DNA from: Bigelowiella natans CCMP2755
Taxonomy: Eukaryota > Protista > Cercozoa
Length of the DNA stretch: 42,172 nucleotides
Direction of reading: 5' to 3'
Assembly (NCBI GenBank): GCA_000320545.1
Contig: ADNK01002538.1
Coordinates: forward strand, 1 to 42,172
Positions within the stretch are counted from its first letter, which is position 1, and the number at the start of each line of letters is the position of its first letter. Below the pieces are notes generated by a model. That model made no database searches. It worked only from the letters and a program-made list of their open reading frames with translations, and had not been told where the DNA came from. A program made the position numbers and the translations under genes. Below, in pieces: positions 25,150 through 36,639 of the stretch.

Positions 25150-27020
25150 ATTGACGATGACCTAGCTTGCGTCTAAAACGCACAACATGCGCAGATCATC
25201 GCCTTGTTATATCTAGCATCTAAGCTGGCTAGCTCTAGAGCAAGCTGGGTACGCGCATGCTCTAGTGCATTTCATACACGCCCACTGGCTAGCTAGCTAG
25301 CTCTAGAGCTGGCCCTCGCATTTTCATGTCGATGTTCATGCTAGCATGTATAGCTAGATGGATGCAATCAGATGTGTCGAATCGTGTCACATGCACGCAT
25401 TTCAGTGCATGCACGTGCAACATGCAACAACACTAGAACATCTAGATGTCTAGATGTGCACATGTCTAGATGTGCACAGCTAGCATGTGTCTAGCTAGCT
25501 AGTGTGTGTGCATGTGTGCTAGTGCGACAAGAGCTAGAGAGGCACACACGATCTGTGGCGATACCCCGCAACCATGCTAGATCACTAGGCAACACTAGGA
25601 CAACAGCAGTTCGTTGAACAGGCTGCATGCTCTAGTGCTAGCTAGCAGCTTGCTAGCTAGCTAGCTTGCTGGCCAGCTAGAGTTCACACCTGCTAGCCTG
25701 GTCAAAACCCGGTGATCGACTCGGTCACACTTTCCAGAATCCGAAAAAGCTAGAAAGTGGCATGACTAGATGACTCAGAAAGTTTGATCCAATTTCAATT
25801 TGTTTTGCTGATTCTGAAAGCTCTCATTGCTAGATCTAGAGATTGAGAGCTTTCATCAGAGGGGTGCCAACCATTTTTGTCAAAAAGAGCTAGAATGCGA
25901 ACTAGCGAATTCATGGACCTAGCTAGCTATGCATGCTCTAGACGCTCTGGTGCTCATGCTTACTAGCTCTAGAGCTTGCTAGCTTTGCCTGTCTGGCTCT
26001 AGAGCTGTTTAGTGGCGCTAGCTAGCTCTGGAGCTCTAGAGCCATGTTTGCATGCATTGACTGCCCACTGGCGTGCACTGCTGCTAGACTGATGCATTCC
26101 ATCAATCTAGCATTGCTAGATTGCTACATCTAGCCCAGTAGACACTGCTAGACTGCGCTAGATTGCATTGTTGTTGTGCTTGATTCGGTGTGTGGCAGTC
26201 TAGCAGTCTGCTAGCAATAGCTAGATAGCAGCAGTCTAGCTAGCAGTGCTGAGTGCTCGAGTGCTGCTAGACTAGCTGCACGATCTTTAGATCCATAGCT
26301 AGCTAGCTAAGCAACGATACACGCACTCATCTGTCGTTGGAAAGCACAAGACACCTCTAGACCTCTGCGCTAGACCTAATGTAACTAGCTAGCTAGCTAG
26401 CTAGCTCTAGAGCTAGATATACACGGCAAAAAGTGCACTACTCTAGTACTGCTAGACTGCGCAAGCATCATTCGAGTTCAACAAACCATCTAGATCATGC
26501 ATGCTCTAGCAGTGCTACTAGCTAGCTAGCATGCTTTAGCATGTTCTCTGTTAAATCTCTAGATCTAGAGATTGTTCTCTAGCTAGCTAGTTCTATCTGG
26601 TGAGCTTGCTAGCTTGTGATATATCTAGATATTCTGATGCATTTGAGCTAGTACACTGTGCGCAGCATTCGATCGCGGTGTCTGTGGATGTGATCTAGTG
26701 ACATATTGCTAGCTAGCTAGATTGCGCGGCATTCAAGTGGACTTCGGAAGCTAGCCGCGACTTGGCGTTTTCGAGCAGAATTTAGACATGTACGTAGCTA
26801 GGTAGGCATTTTAAGTTAGAGATTAGCATGATACAACTGGGCAATGCATCCTCACATCTAAACATCTCCAGACATGCATCATTATCATCTAAACGTAGAT
26901 TTGTCAATATTTAACGCTATGCTAGTTTATAATGATAGCATAGTTGCTATGCACGTTTATTGCTATGTAACGTTCTTATGACCGATGACATTGACCTAAA
27001 GATCTCTAGATCTAGAGGTG
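25150..27020. other. CTAG/CATG/TGCA-rich, TpA-depleted island 2 (convergent junction kinesin fusion / Spc24)
   Basis: In 25381-25680, 20 of 21 TpA lie within CTAG (hand count). There are many (CTAG)2-4 runs and short perfect palindromes, and no ORF in the track. Confidence 0.9.
25695..25920. mobile_element. Possible decayed non-autonomous element (MITE-like) with an internal hairpin
   Basis: Perfect 12-bp inverted repeat tgaaagctctca (25815-25826) / tgagagctttca (25844-25855) in a stretch compositionally different from the rest of the island. No termini or TSD were identified. Confidence 0.3.
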
Positions 27021-27111
27021 TGCAACACGCCATTGAATCGATGACGACCACATTCGTTGATGTTGTGGATTCGTCGTCTTGTCTCGACAGTTGAAAGGGC
27101 GACACAACGCA

Positions 27112-28866
27112 CTAGCAGTGGTCCTCCCACATCACGTTCCAAAGGTCGTTTACTTGATCAAATTCACTATCGCCCTTGAGTTCGAAGGGACGCACTAAGT
27201 GGGTTAGAGCACTCGTTAGTCCTTCATTTCATACCGTAACGCATCATTTCTGATTGTGCGCCGTGCGTAACAGACATTATCAGAGGCACTAGCATCAAAT
27301 ATCATTATAATAGGGGGGTATACCCTCCTTCTTCCTCATCAAGTGAGCTGTGCCATCTTTTAAGCCTTTCCATTCGATATGTGTGATGACTTTGTAGACA
27401 TTTAACTTCGCCTGATGCAAGTAACCACCAGCACCATCATCATAATCATCATCATCACCATCATTGTTAGTTGGGTATTTAATTTCGAGCAATCAGCCGT
27501 TGCCATACAACCAAGAGAATGTGCACAGGTAAACAAAGTTATATTTATTCTTTTCAGAAACAGAAGCCATTTATGCTTACAGTGGGCAATACTACCATCA
27601 TGACCATCTCCATCATTATTGTAACGTCTCACCTATTATTACCGTATTCTTCTTCAGATTTTTCTGACTCTCCGCCAATTTGGATTCATTCTCAGCGAAC
27701 ATTTTTTCTTTCTTCTCCGTCAGTTTCTGCACCAAGAAGAAACCATTTTTATGATCGTGGCCGATTTGTGGAGAATGGCGAAGGATAGAAATCATCGCAC
27801 CCAGAAATATAAAACTGCTTCATGTTATGTTCGTCGTTAATGACGATGAGTAACATGTAATATCTGTATAATTGCAGTTTCATGTATGCGCGACGAGCTT
27901 GACGAAAGCTATGAGATTATGTTCGAAACAGTAGTGGATGCTTCTTCCCGAGAGCGACAGCCCCAAAGATATGTATCGCTTATCGTAAATTTTGGGAAAG
28001 TCACCTGTAAATACTGCTCCTCTCCTTGGCGATTTAGTGTGAGGTCATCCATCTTCGTCTTCATAGCAGCGATATCGGAGCTGACGGTTGATTCTCGTTC
28101 CTCCAGCTAATAATTCGTAAAAGTAGTAGTGGTAGTAGTAGTGGTAGTAGTGGTAGTAACAGCAGCAGTAGTTGCAGTAATAGTAAAAGTACCGTTAGCC
28201 ATATTAGAAAGGATTACCAACATATCAGAACATTTTGTTGACTCTTCACAGTACACATCTATGGCGTTTATGTGAGTAAATGACTGTATGTGTGTGTGTG
28301 TGTAGTTTATATGCTCTGTCAGGAAAGGGGGATTGTTTTGAAATACTTCCGCTTTCTTTTCTTCCCAATCTTGGCCGTTTTTATGTTCCAATAATTGGAC
28401 AGATGAAGTCAAATCTGATCGAAAATATATTATTAATATGGTGATGGGCCTCTTCGATTTTCATCGATCTCTATTCCATGGTTCATCGCCTGGTCATGTT
28501 TCTACGTTGAATTTCCGGGTTCTTAAAGTGAAAAAGACCCCATAATGATTTCAAAAGAAAAGAGTAATCATGATTTTTGGACAGGTATTTACATGTGGCA
28601 CTTCCCTGCATTAGCATTGTAACTGCAATATTTGAGGGATTCTACCTTCAATAAGCTGTTTCACATTAACTTCTGTGTGCCTCATAACCACCTCGGAATC
28701 TTGAATGGACTCCAATGCCCTATAGATGATCTCCTCATCTGCAGCATAATTTAATCTAAGGAAGTTGTGATGACAGCGGAAACAACAATCAACCTTTTCC
28801 CTGAGTCTGGAACTCCTGTCTAGTATCGCGAAGTAGCGCGGTGACGGGATCGCTAATTAAGCTCAT
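27112..28866 (-). CDS. SPC24: Kinetochore Ndc80-complex subunit Spc24 (coiled coil + C-terminal globular domain), ~200 aa
   Basis: Spliced product: MSLISDPVTALLRDTRQEFQTQGKDEEIIYRALESIQDSEVVMRHTEVNVKQLIEDLTSSVQLLEHKNGQDWEEKKAE...LEERESTVSSDIAAMKTKMDDLTLNRQGEEQYLQKLTEKKEKMFAENESKLAESQKNLKKNTAKLNVYKVITHIEWKGLKDGTAHLMRKKEVRPFELKGDSEFDQVNDLWNVMWEDHC*. Length, heptads, the YxxIxxIEW motif and the terminal FxxxNxLW motif fit Spc24. Confidence 0.75.
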
Positions 28867-29495
28867 CTGTAGGCCCTGGAATGCCTTTGATATAGAATAA
28901 GGCTGTTAGTCACGGAATTGACCCTCTCCCCGCCTTTCACTTTCCTCACTCATACACCTCCCGACTCCATTCCCTACCTTATTCAGCTCTTAAGGTTTCA
29001 GGTGATGGACTATTTATTTAAAATTGCATGAGATTCTATCGAATTTAGGGCATAATCTTCCGAATTATGCACCAAAATCCAAACTATCCTTCTAAGAAGA
29101 TGTTCTTCAAGAATCCGACTAAGTTCAACGGTCATGGCACAAAGAGATATTCTTCAGTACGACAACAAAATTGCATTGTCGCACATAATGCAATCTGGTT
29201 TTTTGTCGTTCGGAGCGAATTTCGATTGTTCATGCTGGTCCTAATTTCGGAAATACCTTCCCGCATTTTTCTGCGAATTCATGCCAATTTTACCAACTTT
29301 AGAACATTCAATTTGGGATATTATCGGCATAAGTTTCTTGCATTTATATCGGGAATCTTACATTCTTCTCTATACTTGGATTTTCCTTTTTATAGTATTT
29401 GTGAAATTAATTAGATATAGTCCGGTTAATATATTTTCTAATTTTCTCCGAAATCGACGATATTCCGATTTGCATTCTCCACATGGTTACGTGCC
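28867..29495. promoter_or_regulatory. Divergent promoter/5'UTR region between SPC24 and the TPR gene
   Basis: AT-rich, microsatellite-free ~630 bp between outward-facing ATGs, with a possible 5'UTR intron on the - strand (~28870-28977). Confidence 0.45.
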
Positions 29496-31196
29496 ATGAT
29501 TCGCACTACGCCACGCAAACGATGGCCATGGAGGCGGTGCTCGGAAAGATTTATCCTCACTATCCTCCTGCCCCTTGCACTATGGACTTGGATCAGTATC
29601 AGTAAGACTGATGCAGAAAGGAGTCTAATTCCCCCTCCTCAACTTAAATCTACGGGGCCCACAGGAATCGACGAGATCGATTATTTGCAGCGGGCCTATG
29701 ATATGGGGCAGGTAAGTATGGATAGGAGCGAGTGGGTAGAGGCGGAGAAACACTTTGAAGTTGCATACCAAGGTGGGTTGATAGGCTTGTCTATGGAGCG
29801 AAGATAAGAGGGTGGGAAGAGAGAAGAGTGCATAAGAATGAATGAGTAATACAGCCCGCATGCATTGTTGCTTTGGTGAAAAAATAGGAAGCCTCCGAAT
29901 TCTAGGCCCTCACCACGAGCGATCCTGCCAGTCGCTCCACATGCGCTCTCTGGCCCAAAGGGGAGGGAGAAAGTATGGAACGATGTGTGTGTGTCATGTT
30001 TCTGATCTACGCTTCTCACCAGACAATCATGTTTCACAAACATCATATTTACAGACCTCGCCATGGCAATCAGGTTCACCAAAGCTAGAGAGGGTCTCCA
30101 GAAGTGCTTAGAGATTCGAAACCGCACGCTTTCCCCTGTGCACGACCACTATGTCCTTACGCTGCTCAGCTTAGCGGATCTGGAGAGAGATATGGGATTA
30201 GCAAACAGCTCCTATGCAAGAACTGCGGATCTTGTTGCAAGGTTGGGCGCCGGTATCACGGTGACAAACTAGCATAATTGAATAAAACACTGCATTAGTA
30301 CCAATACATGCATACACTTGGACACACTACACACGAAGCATGGCCCTGCCTCTCTCATCATCGTCATCATCACCACCACCTCCACCACTACCACCAGATA
30401 CAAAAGTGCACGAGCGCCCAGCCAAAGCGAGCAGCTTCATCTCGATATTCTTCGCAGTACTGCGTATTCGGGTCTGAATAAGACTGAAGAGGCCGCGGAT
30501 GTTCTTCAGCGTGTGATGAACAAGCTTAGCCTTAACGGCTCTGACATCTTCAATGAAAACGGCAATAAAAGCAACATTCACGATGTCGCTCGGAGTAGTG
30601 CTGGTTGCGGTTCTCTAGGCTCGTCACACGAAGAAACCGTACCCCCTCCGCTTTTGCAAAGGATGAGGAAATCCTCAGAAGCTATCAATGCAAACTGTTA
30701 CTCCGATGACCAATGCGACGGCGAGGGAGGGGAGAGTGGTATATGGGGAGGCGGGGGTCCAGCACGGATGAGAGAGCGCTCAAAGGCTGTTAGATATAAT
30801 GCTTCTGCGCCAAGCAAAGAGCAGCCTGGATTCAATTCCGACAGGAAGCACTCCCCAATGCTACCTCAACAACTTGTGTGTGATGCCAGCGATGCGAACG
30901 AAAACCTGATTAGGACCAAGATCTTCTGCAAAATGGCAATAGGTGTGTACGCTACGTTCATGACGATAATGCTAAGGATGATGATGATGGTGGTGGTGGT
31001 GGTGGTGATGATAATGATGATAAGGATATGCCACGAACCTGGCTATCAAAATGAGAAAGAGGAAGTAGATTGAAAGAGCGAAAATCGGTGTGAGAAAAAA
31101 AGATAGTCGCGAGTTGGTTGTCACAAGCCGCTCCTTGAAGATAGCATGGGACACTTATCTTTAAAATAACACACAAACACACACACACACACACAC

Positions 31197-31234
<38 letters not shown>

Positions 31235-31811
31235 TATTCTCGTTGCACCTCAGGTATGAACATGAAGAGGGCCGGGAATAACGAGAAAGCTCTACAAATC
31301 TTTGAAGAAGGATACGATGAAGCTGTCGGCAAACTGGGGTACAAAGACACTTCCTGCTATGCTACCTACGCATGCTCACGATGCAAATCAAACAAACACC
31401 AACTCAAGCTACATACTGTTCCAAAAACGCTGTTTTCTCTGCAATTTTTACTTTTTCGTCACGCTTTGTCTCCGAGAACGCATACATTTGAATTTAGACC
31501 ACTCCAAATTCATGAACTATCAGTGATATTCGCGCACATCGCCATCAGAGTTTTCGCCTCGTCTTTTGATGACCGATCATCGTGCTTTGCTGCATATTAT
31601 GTCAAATACGTTCTATTTCCTTTGCCATCGTGAAGGCTCACGTATGCGATCAACCCTCCCCTCTCCTGCGAGCTGATAAGATGAAGTAGCACAAATGCAT
31701 GATCATCATCATACTGTGATACGATACAGCAAACAAATGCGTGGCCATCATCATTATGTAGGGCAAACCATTCGTGTGCTCTTCAGATTGGAAGCAATCT
31801 CGCGTAATAAC

Positions 31812-31843
<32 letters not shown>

Positions 31844-32052
31844 GAGGAGGAGGAGGAGGAGGAGGAGGAGGAGGAGGAGAAGGAGGGGGGAGAGAAGGAG
31901 GAAGAGTACTGTATAGCGCCCAATATGATATCTTAGCCTTTTGAGAAGGAAAGGGGTAATACTTTATCGAGAGGGAGGGGGGGAATGCAAGGAACACAGA
32001 AATGAGAGAACTATACATGGCCAGTAGATAGACAGCACGTATGTATGTATAT

Positions 32053-32090
<38 letters not shown>

Positions 32091-32166
32091 TGTTTGTATT
32101 GATTTGCTGCATTTCAATGTTACAACTGCAACTGCCTTAGCGGTGTTGATTTCAGCCTCATCTTCT

Positions 32167-32208
<42 letters not shown>

Positions 32209-32696
32209 ATTTCTCTTTTCCTTTCTCAATAGATATACGCTGATGGAGTTCCAGGAGTATGATAAGAGCGAAACACTGATGCGAGCAATCGTAGCTGCAT
32301 ATAAGTAAGGATATCGACGATGATGATAATGATGATGATGATGACGATGAGAGGGAAGAGGAGAAGAAAGTTCATTTCAATCTCCAAAAACAGCTTGTTC
32401 GCATCGCCTCAGCCTGTCTCGTGAGATTCTCATTGCCAGTGCGTTGCTTTTGTGCTACTGCATTCATCAGCGACAACACGCTGAGCCACCTCGGCTTTAA
32501 CTCGCAAGCGAACCTGGGGATTTGTCTTGTGAGGCAAGGAACTCCCACCAAAGTCAAGGAAGGCCTTCCCCTGCTTCTGACAGCGCGCGACGGCCTTCGA
32601 GGCCTGGGTTTTGAGGAAAACCATCAATGGATAACTAAAATTAATGCTGCAATCGACAACTCTCGAGCAGCGGAATCGTCGCTCGATGCACGATGA
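29496..32696 (+). CDS. TPR-repeat protein with N-terminal signal anchor (KLC/NPHP3-type TPRs)
   Basis: MIRTTPRKRWPWRRCSERFILTILLPLALWTWISIS (basic + hydrophobic). TPR-like helices: AYDMGQVSMDRSEWVEAEKHFEVAYQ, FTKAREGLQKCLEIRNRTLSPVHDHYVLTLLSLADLERDMG, AGNNEKALQIFEEGY, QANLGICLVRQG...FEENHQWITKINAAI. Confidence 0.72.
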
Positions 32697-32999
32697 GCAG
32701 TAAGGCTGGCCCCTTTTATTTCGCAACCTGCCCACCACCATGTATTGCCTTCATCATCTCAGTCTGGAAGCTGCATGTTCGCAGGGGACAAAACTAATGA
32801 AGAATGAATAGAAACTCTGAGTTGTTGAGAAGCATTTATCTAGCTGCAGTAGTGCGACGTGGATATACGTTTAGGCAAATTCTCGTAGGTTGCATTCCAA
32901 GGTGGCTCCGACGTTCTGTCGGGGAAATTAAAAGAAAATTAAAATGATCAATGTTTTGGCAGCGTTTGCTACGAGAATAAGGAAGTGCGGCGTGTGGAG

Positions 33000-33830
33000 T
33001 AGGCGTTTATACGATGCATGCTAGCATGAGAAGCTGCTATATTTTTTGTAACAATTCCATGCAGTCTGATGCAATAGAGGGGTTTGTTCCACATCGCTAG
33101 ATCGCAGCGAAAACACGCCGGATGAATATTTAATGCTGTCGCTTAACGTAACCTCAGACGTGGTGGTAGGCTAGCTACATGCGCGTGCGTGCATGCTGGT
33201 GATGCAAGTGCAGCAGCATCCATGGAAATGGCGGTGACCTGCTGTGCAAGCAGCATGTGTGGAAATCTAGAGAAGCATGTGCGCATCATGTGCACTTGTG
33301 CAGCATAGCTAGATAGGCACATATGATTATACATGTACACAACATCTAGCTAGCAAGGTGTACGACTTGAGCTCTACTAGCTAGCTAGTCTACGCTAGTA
33401 CGCTCGCTAGCTTGAGCACGTGCGTGCTGTTGAGGTCTGATGTGTCTAGATGTGCTTGTGTGCATCCATTGCTATGGATAGATGGGGCGGTCACAGTATG
33501 TACAAGCACTTGGAACGCCATTGAGCTAGACTACCATCAGCACAGTGTCAAAACCAATTGCTGATGGCATGATGAGTTTGACTAGTAGACACCAGGTTCA
33601 GTCGCAATGACCGTCCAGACTGTCTAGCTGTTGCTGCGTGTGTGTGTGTGCAAAAATATAGCAATTACATTCAAACGGTCTTCATCGTAGCGTTGTTTGC
33701 TGAAAATCACTAGATCACACATAAACCATCATCATCATCATCACCTCAGAGCAAAAACGCAGTAGCTGGCTTGATTAGTGTCTGAACATATTACTAGATT
33801 AACCACACACTTCTAGATTTGCTCTTAGAA
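33000..33830. other. CTAG/CATG-rich island 3 (convergent junction TPR gene / hypothetical gene)
   Basis: ctactagctagctagtctacgctag (~33374-33398), tctagctagc, gcatgctagcatg and many tgca/catg. TpA loss is less strict than in island 2. Confidence 0.75.
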
Positions 33831-33916
33831 TTCATCCACCCCCCCCCCCCCCCACAACTAAACAGGCATGCCCCAACTGCCTTTCAACTTTAGCTATTGA
33901 TCGTTCGGGGTAGGCA

Positions 33917-35087
33917 TCACATTGATTTCCAAGCGAAGACTGCAAAATCGCAAGCTGTGCTAATTAGCTTCGACCCCAGATATCCGGCCGCGTGCACAGA
34001 GAATCTAACAGATTCGGTTAGAACTTGGCGTCCAATTCTTCCCGCCACGTGTATCACGTTGGCGATTATAACAACAGCAGTTTCAGCAATCTTGGCTGGT
34101 AGGTCGGAGAACATAGCGGAGTTGAATAGGCGAAGACTCCTCTCTCCAATCCCCCACCCCACCTGCTTAATCACCGGAAATATGACCTCCCCGGCTAGGT
34201 GCCTCATTGGGGAATAAATGAAGCTTTTAATCGGACGGCGTTTCCATCCAAATAGGTAAAGAACTATCTCTAGGCCACACAACATAAGGAATGATGCTCC
34301 GAATACTAAATCCCAGTCGCTTGATGACTTGACCTGTGGTAGTATGAAAGGGCAGGGGAGGGGGGGGGGAGGCATTGTGTGAGAGACAGCTTCATGTAGG
34401 CGACACAATTCAATAATCTCCACGTTTCAAAGCACTTCAATCCTGAGATCTTCATCTTGGGAAATATAGTGTACGTGTGCGTCGATACTGCTAATATTGC
34501 TGCTGATGCTGTTGGTGTTGTTGTCTTTAGTGTCATCATCATCGTCATCTGTGTTTGCTAGCACCTTAATGCCTCCCGCCTTCAAGGTAGGATGTCTCCA
34601 AAACGTGTACCAGCTTGTTTTTGGCGCGCGTTGTATCCCTGCAAAGCATCGAGCTCGCTTCCCGGGAGAGCGGAGTGCTTTGAGTATGAGCGACACGAGC
34701 TTGCCATGCAATTCATCACGGGCCTTGTGATATCCCTCGTCGGCTGCAAAGGGAAATATCTTGACTAGATCTGGCCGAAGGAAGAACTTGGGATGGCAAA
34801 GTACCTTGTAGTTGGAACAAGTAGTAGTAGTAGTAGTAGTAGTAGCAGCAGTAGCAGTATGTATAAATTCGTGATTGTTCTGCTGAGAAGTGTCTTTTTT
34901 CCACATGACAACTGACAGTAGGTTGAGGTTCTACCCTGACTTGGCCATGGATTTTAACGTTCTTTGCCAGATGAGCTTGCAAATTTCGGCGGTTACGGCA
35001 TGGATGGCCCTGCGATAGTAACAAATGATACACATTTTTATGCAATGTCTGTGGGGGGGTGGGGGGGGGGTGAAAGAGAGAAGAGTT

Positions 35088-35137
<50 letters not shown>

Positions 35138-35524
35138 CTTGTATAAATACAAATATGCAAATACACATACATATACATATATGGTGTTTCAAGATTTCCT
35201 AACCATCGGCTGTGCTGCATATGCAACGCTGTTGATGATATCCCTTCTGACGAAGATCTGTAGCAGCTTCCCTGGCTTCTGGTAGCGTGGCTTGCCATTA
35301 TCATATTGTTTACATAGCTTTACGATCTGAAACATTGAAGAATGAACATCGTTCAGCGAATGTGTTAATGCTCTAGCACTCTGAGACGGGGCGACTATGA
35401 CCTCTGATTTGAGATGGGAAATGCCCAGTTGCGTGAGCAGCAGCTTCACAAATCCGGTGATTTGGCCGACGTGATATCCTAGCGGTGTATGTGTGTATGT
35501 ATGTATGTATAGCAGTAAGGCTTC

Positions 35525-35569
<45 letters not shown>

Positions 35570-35658
35570 TTTTTCGGACTGCTGCTGCCGCTGCCATAAG
35601 CTTTCATGCTCAGGTTGATGTATATAGGATTTATATACTTGGCGTCGTATAGATACGA

Positions 35659-35692
<34 letters not shown>

Positions 35693-36330
35693 ATGTATAT
35701 GAATGATATATCTTCTGTATTGTTTTATTAGTGTTACCGTGGTCCCACACAGTGTAAGGGCTAGCTTCCGGGTCTGCGGATAAGAGGGACGTGCTGGCAC
35801 AAATAGCTGCACGCGCACCCACACACAGACACACACATAAATCGATAGTGACTGTAATCTCAATGTCCCCAAAGCAAGTGCTTGTGGCATTATGAATCTT
35901 TCTAAATCACTACCATCGTCATCGTCATCGTCATCATCATTTCATGCACACCATGCTTTAGTGTACACATACCAGCTTGTCGGAAGCGAGGATCATGGTC
36001 CGTTCTCCACGTATTCTGGTGTTTCTTCTTCAACTCCTCGGCGTTGTTAAGGTCATCGAATGCGTGCAGCAATAGCCTGGGGTGACATCGAGGTGATGGG
36101 GAAGGAAAAATACAAACAAGAAAGGTGCGAGGTTAAACGTAATAATTATAATTGAGAAACTGGTCAATATAAATGTGCAGATATCTAATATCAAATATAT
36201 TATTTATATGTGTGGAGAGGAGAGGGGGGAGTTATGTCCTCTAACTTTCGTCCACCTGGGTAATGGCGCACAATTCTCCAACCCGAAAATGATCGATGCT
36301 ACTGCTGCATGGATTTCGTATAGAATATAA
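33917..36330 (-). CDS. Hypothetical multi-exon membrane protein
   Basis: Exons bounded by GT-AG and microsatellite introns: LLLHAFDDLNNAEELKKKHQNTWRTDHDPRFRQA, GYHVGQITGFVKLLL...AAQPM, RAIHAVTAEICKLIWQRTLK, NYKVLCHPKFFLRPDL..., and a terminal exon with a TM-like LVFGASFLMLCGLEIVLYLFGW. No family was recognised. Confidence 0.55.
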
Positions 36331-36489
36331 GCTTGCGAATAGGAGTGATAGATCACTGCGTAGTTCCCACAATACCTGTGCGACAGAAAAAGACAAAAGG
36401 TACTCAGGAGGACCCTATTTATTTTTGACATCTACACCATCAACGCCATGTTTGTTGTTTGTAGATGGGGAAACATGTGTGTGTGTGTA

Positions 36490-36523
<34 letters not shown>

Positions 36524-36639
36524 CGGGGGGGGGGGAATGGCTGTCTTATCAGATATTTATACATCGTAGCACCACCTCTTGCAGATACCTTTTTTCATTA
36601 TCTAGCATCTTATTGAAGCATTGAAGCTTGAACTCACAA

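Noticed and set aside
25150-27020. CRISPR array, telomeric or satellite repeat
   Set aside because: There is no fixed repeat unit or spacer periodicity, only short palindromic words.
25150-27020. Classical RIP or plain CpG-methylation decay as the sole cause
   Set aside because: RIP would raise TpA generally, but here non-CTAG TpA is nearly absent, and CpG persists, especially in island 1.
12993-32696. Functional mitotic cluster of kinesin, SPC24 and KLC-like TPR
   Set aside because: Adjacency in a gene-dense eukaryotic genome is weak evidence, and the TPR protein appears membrane-anchored.
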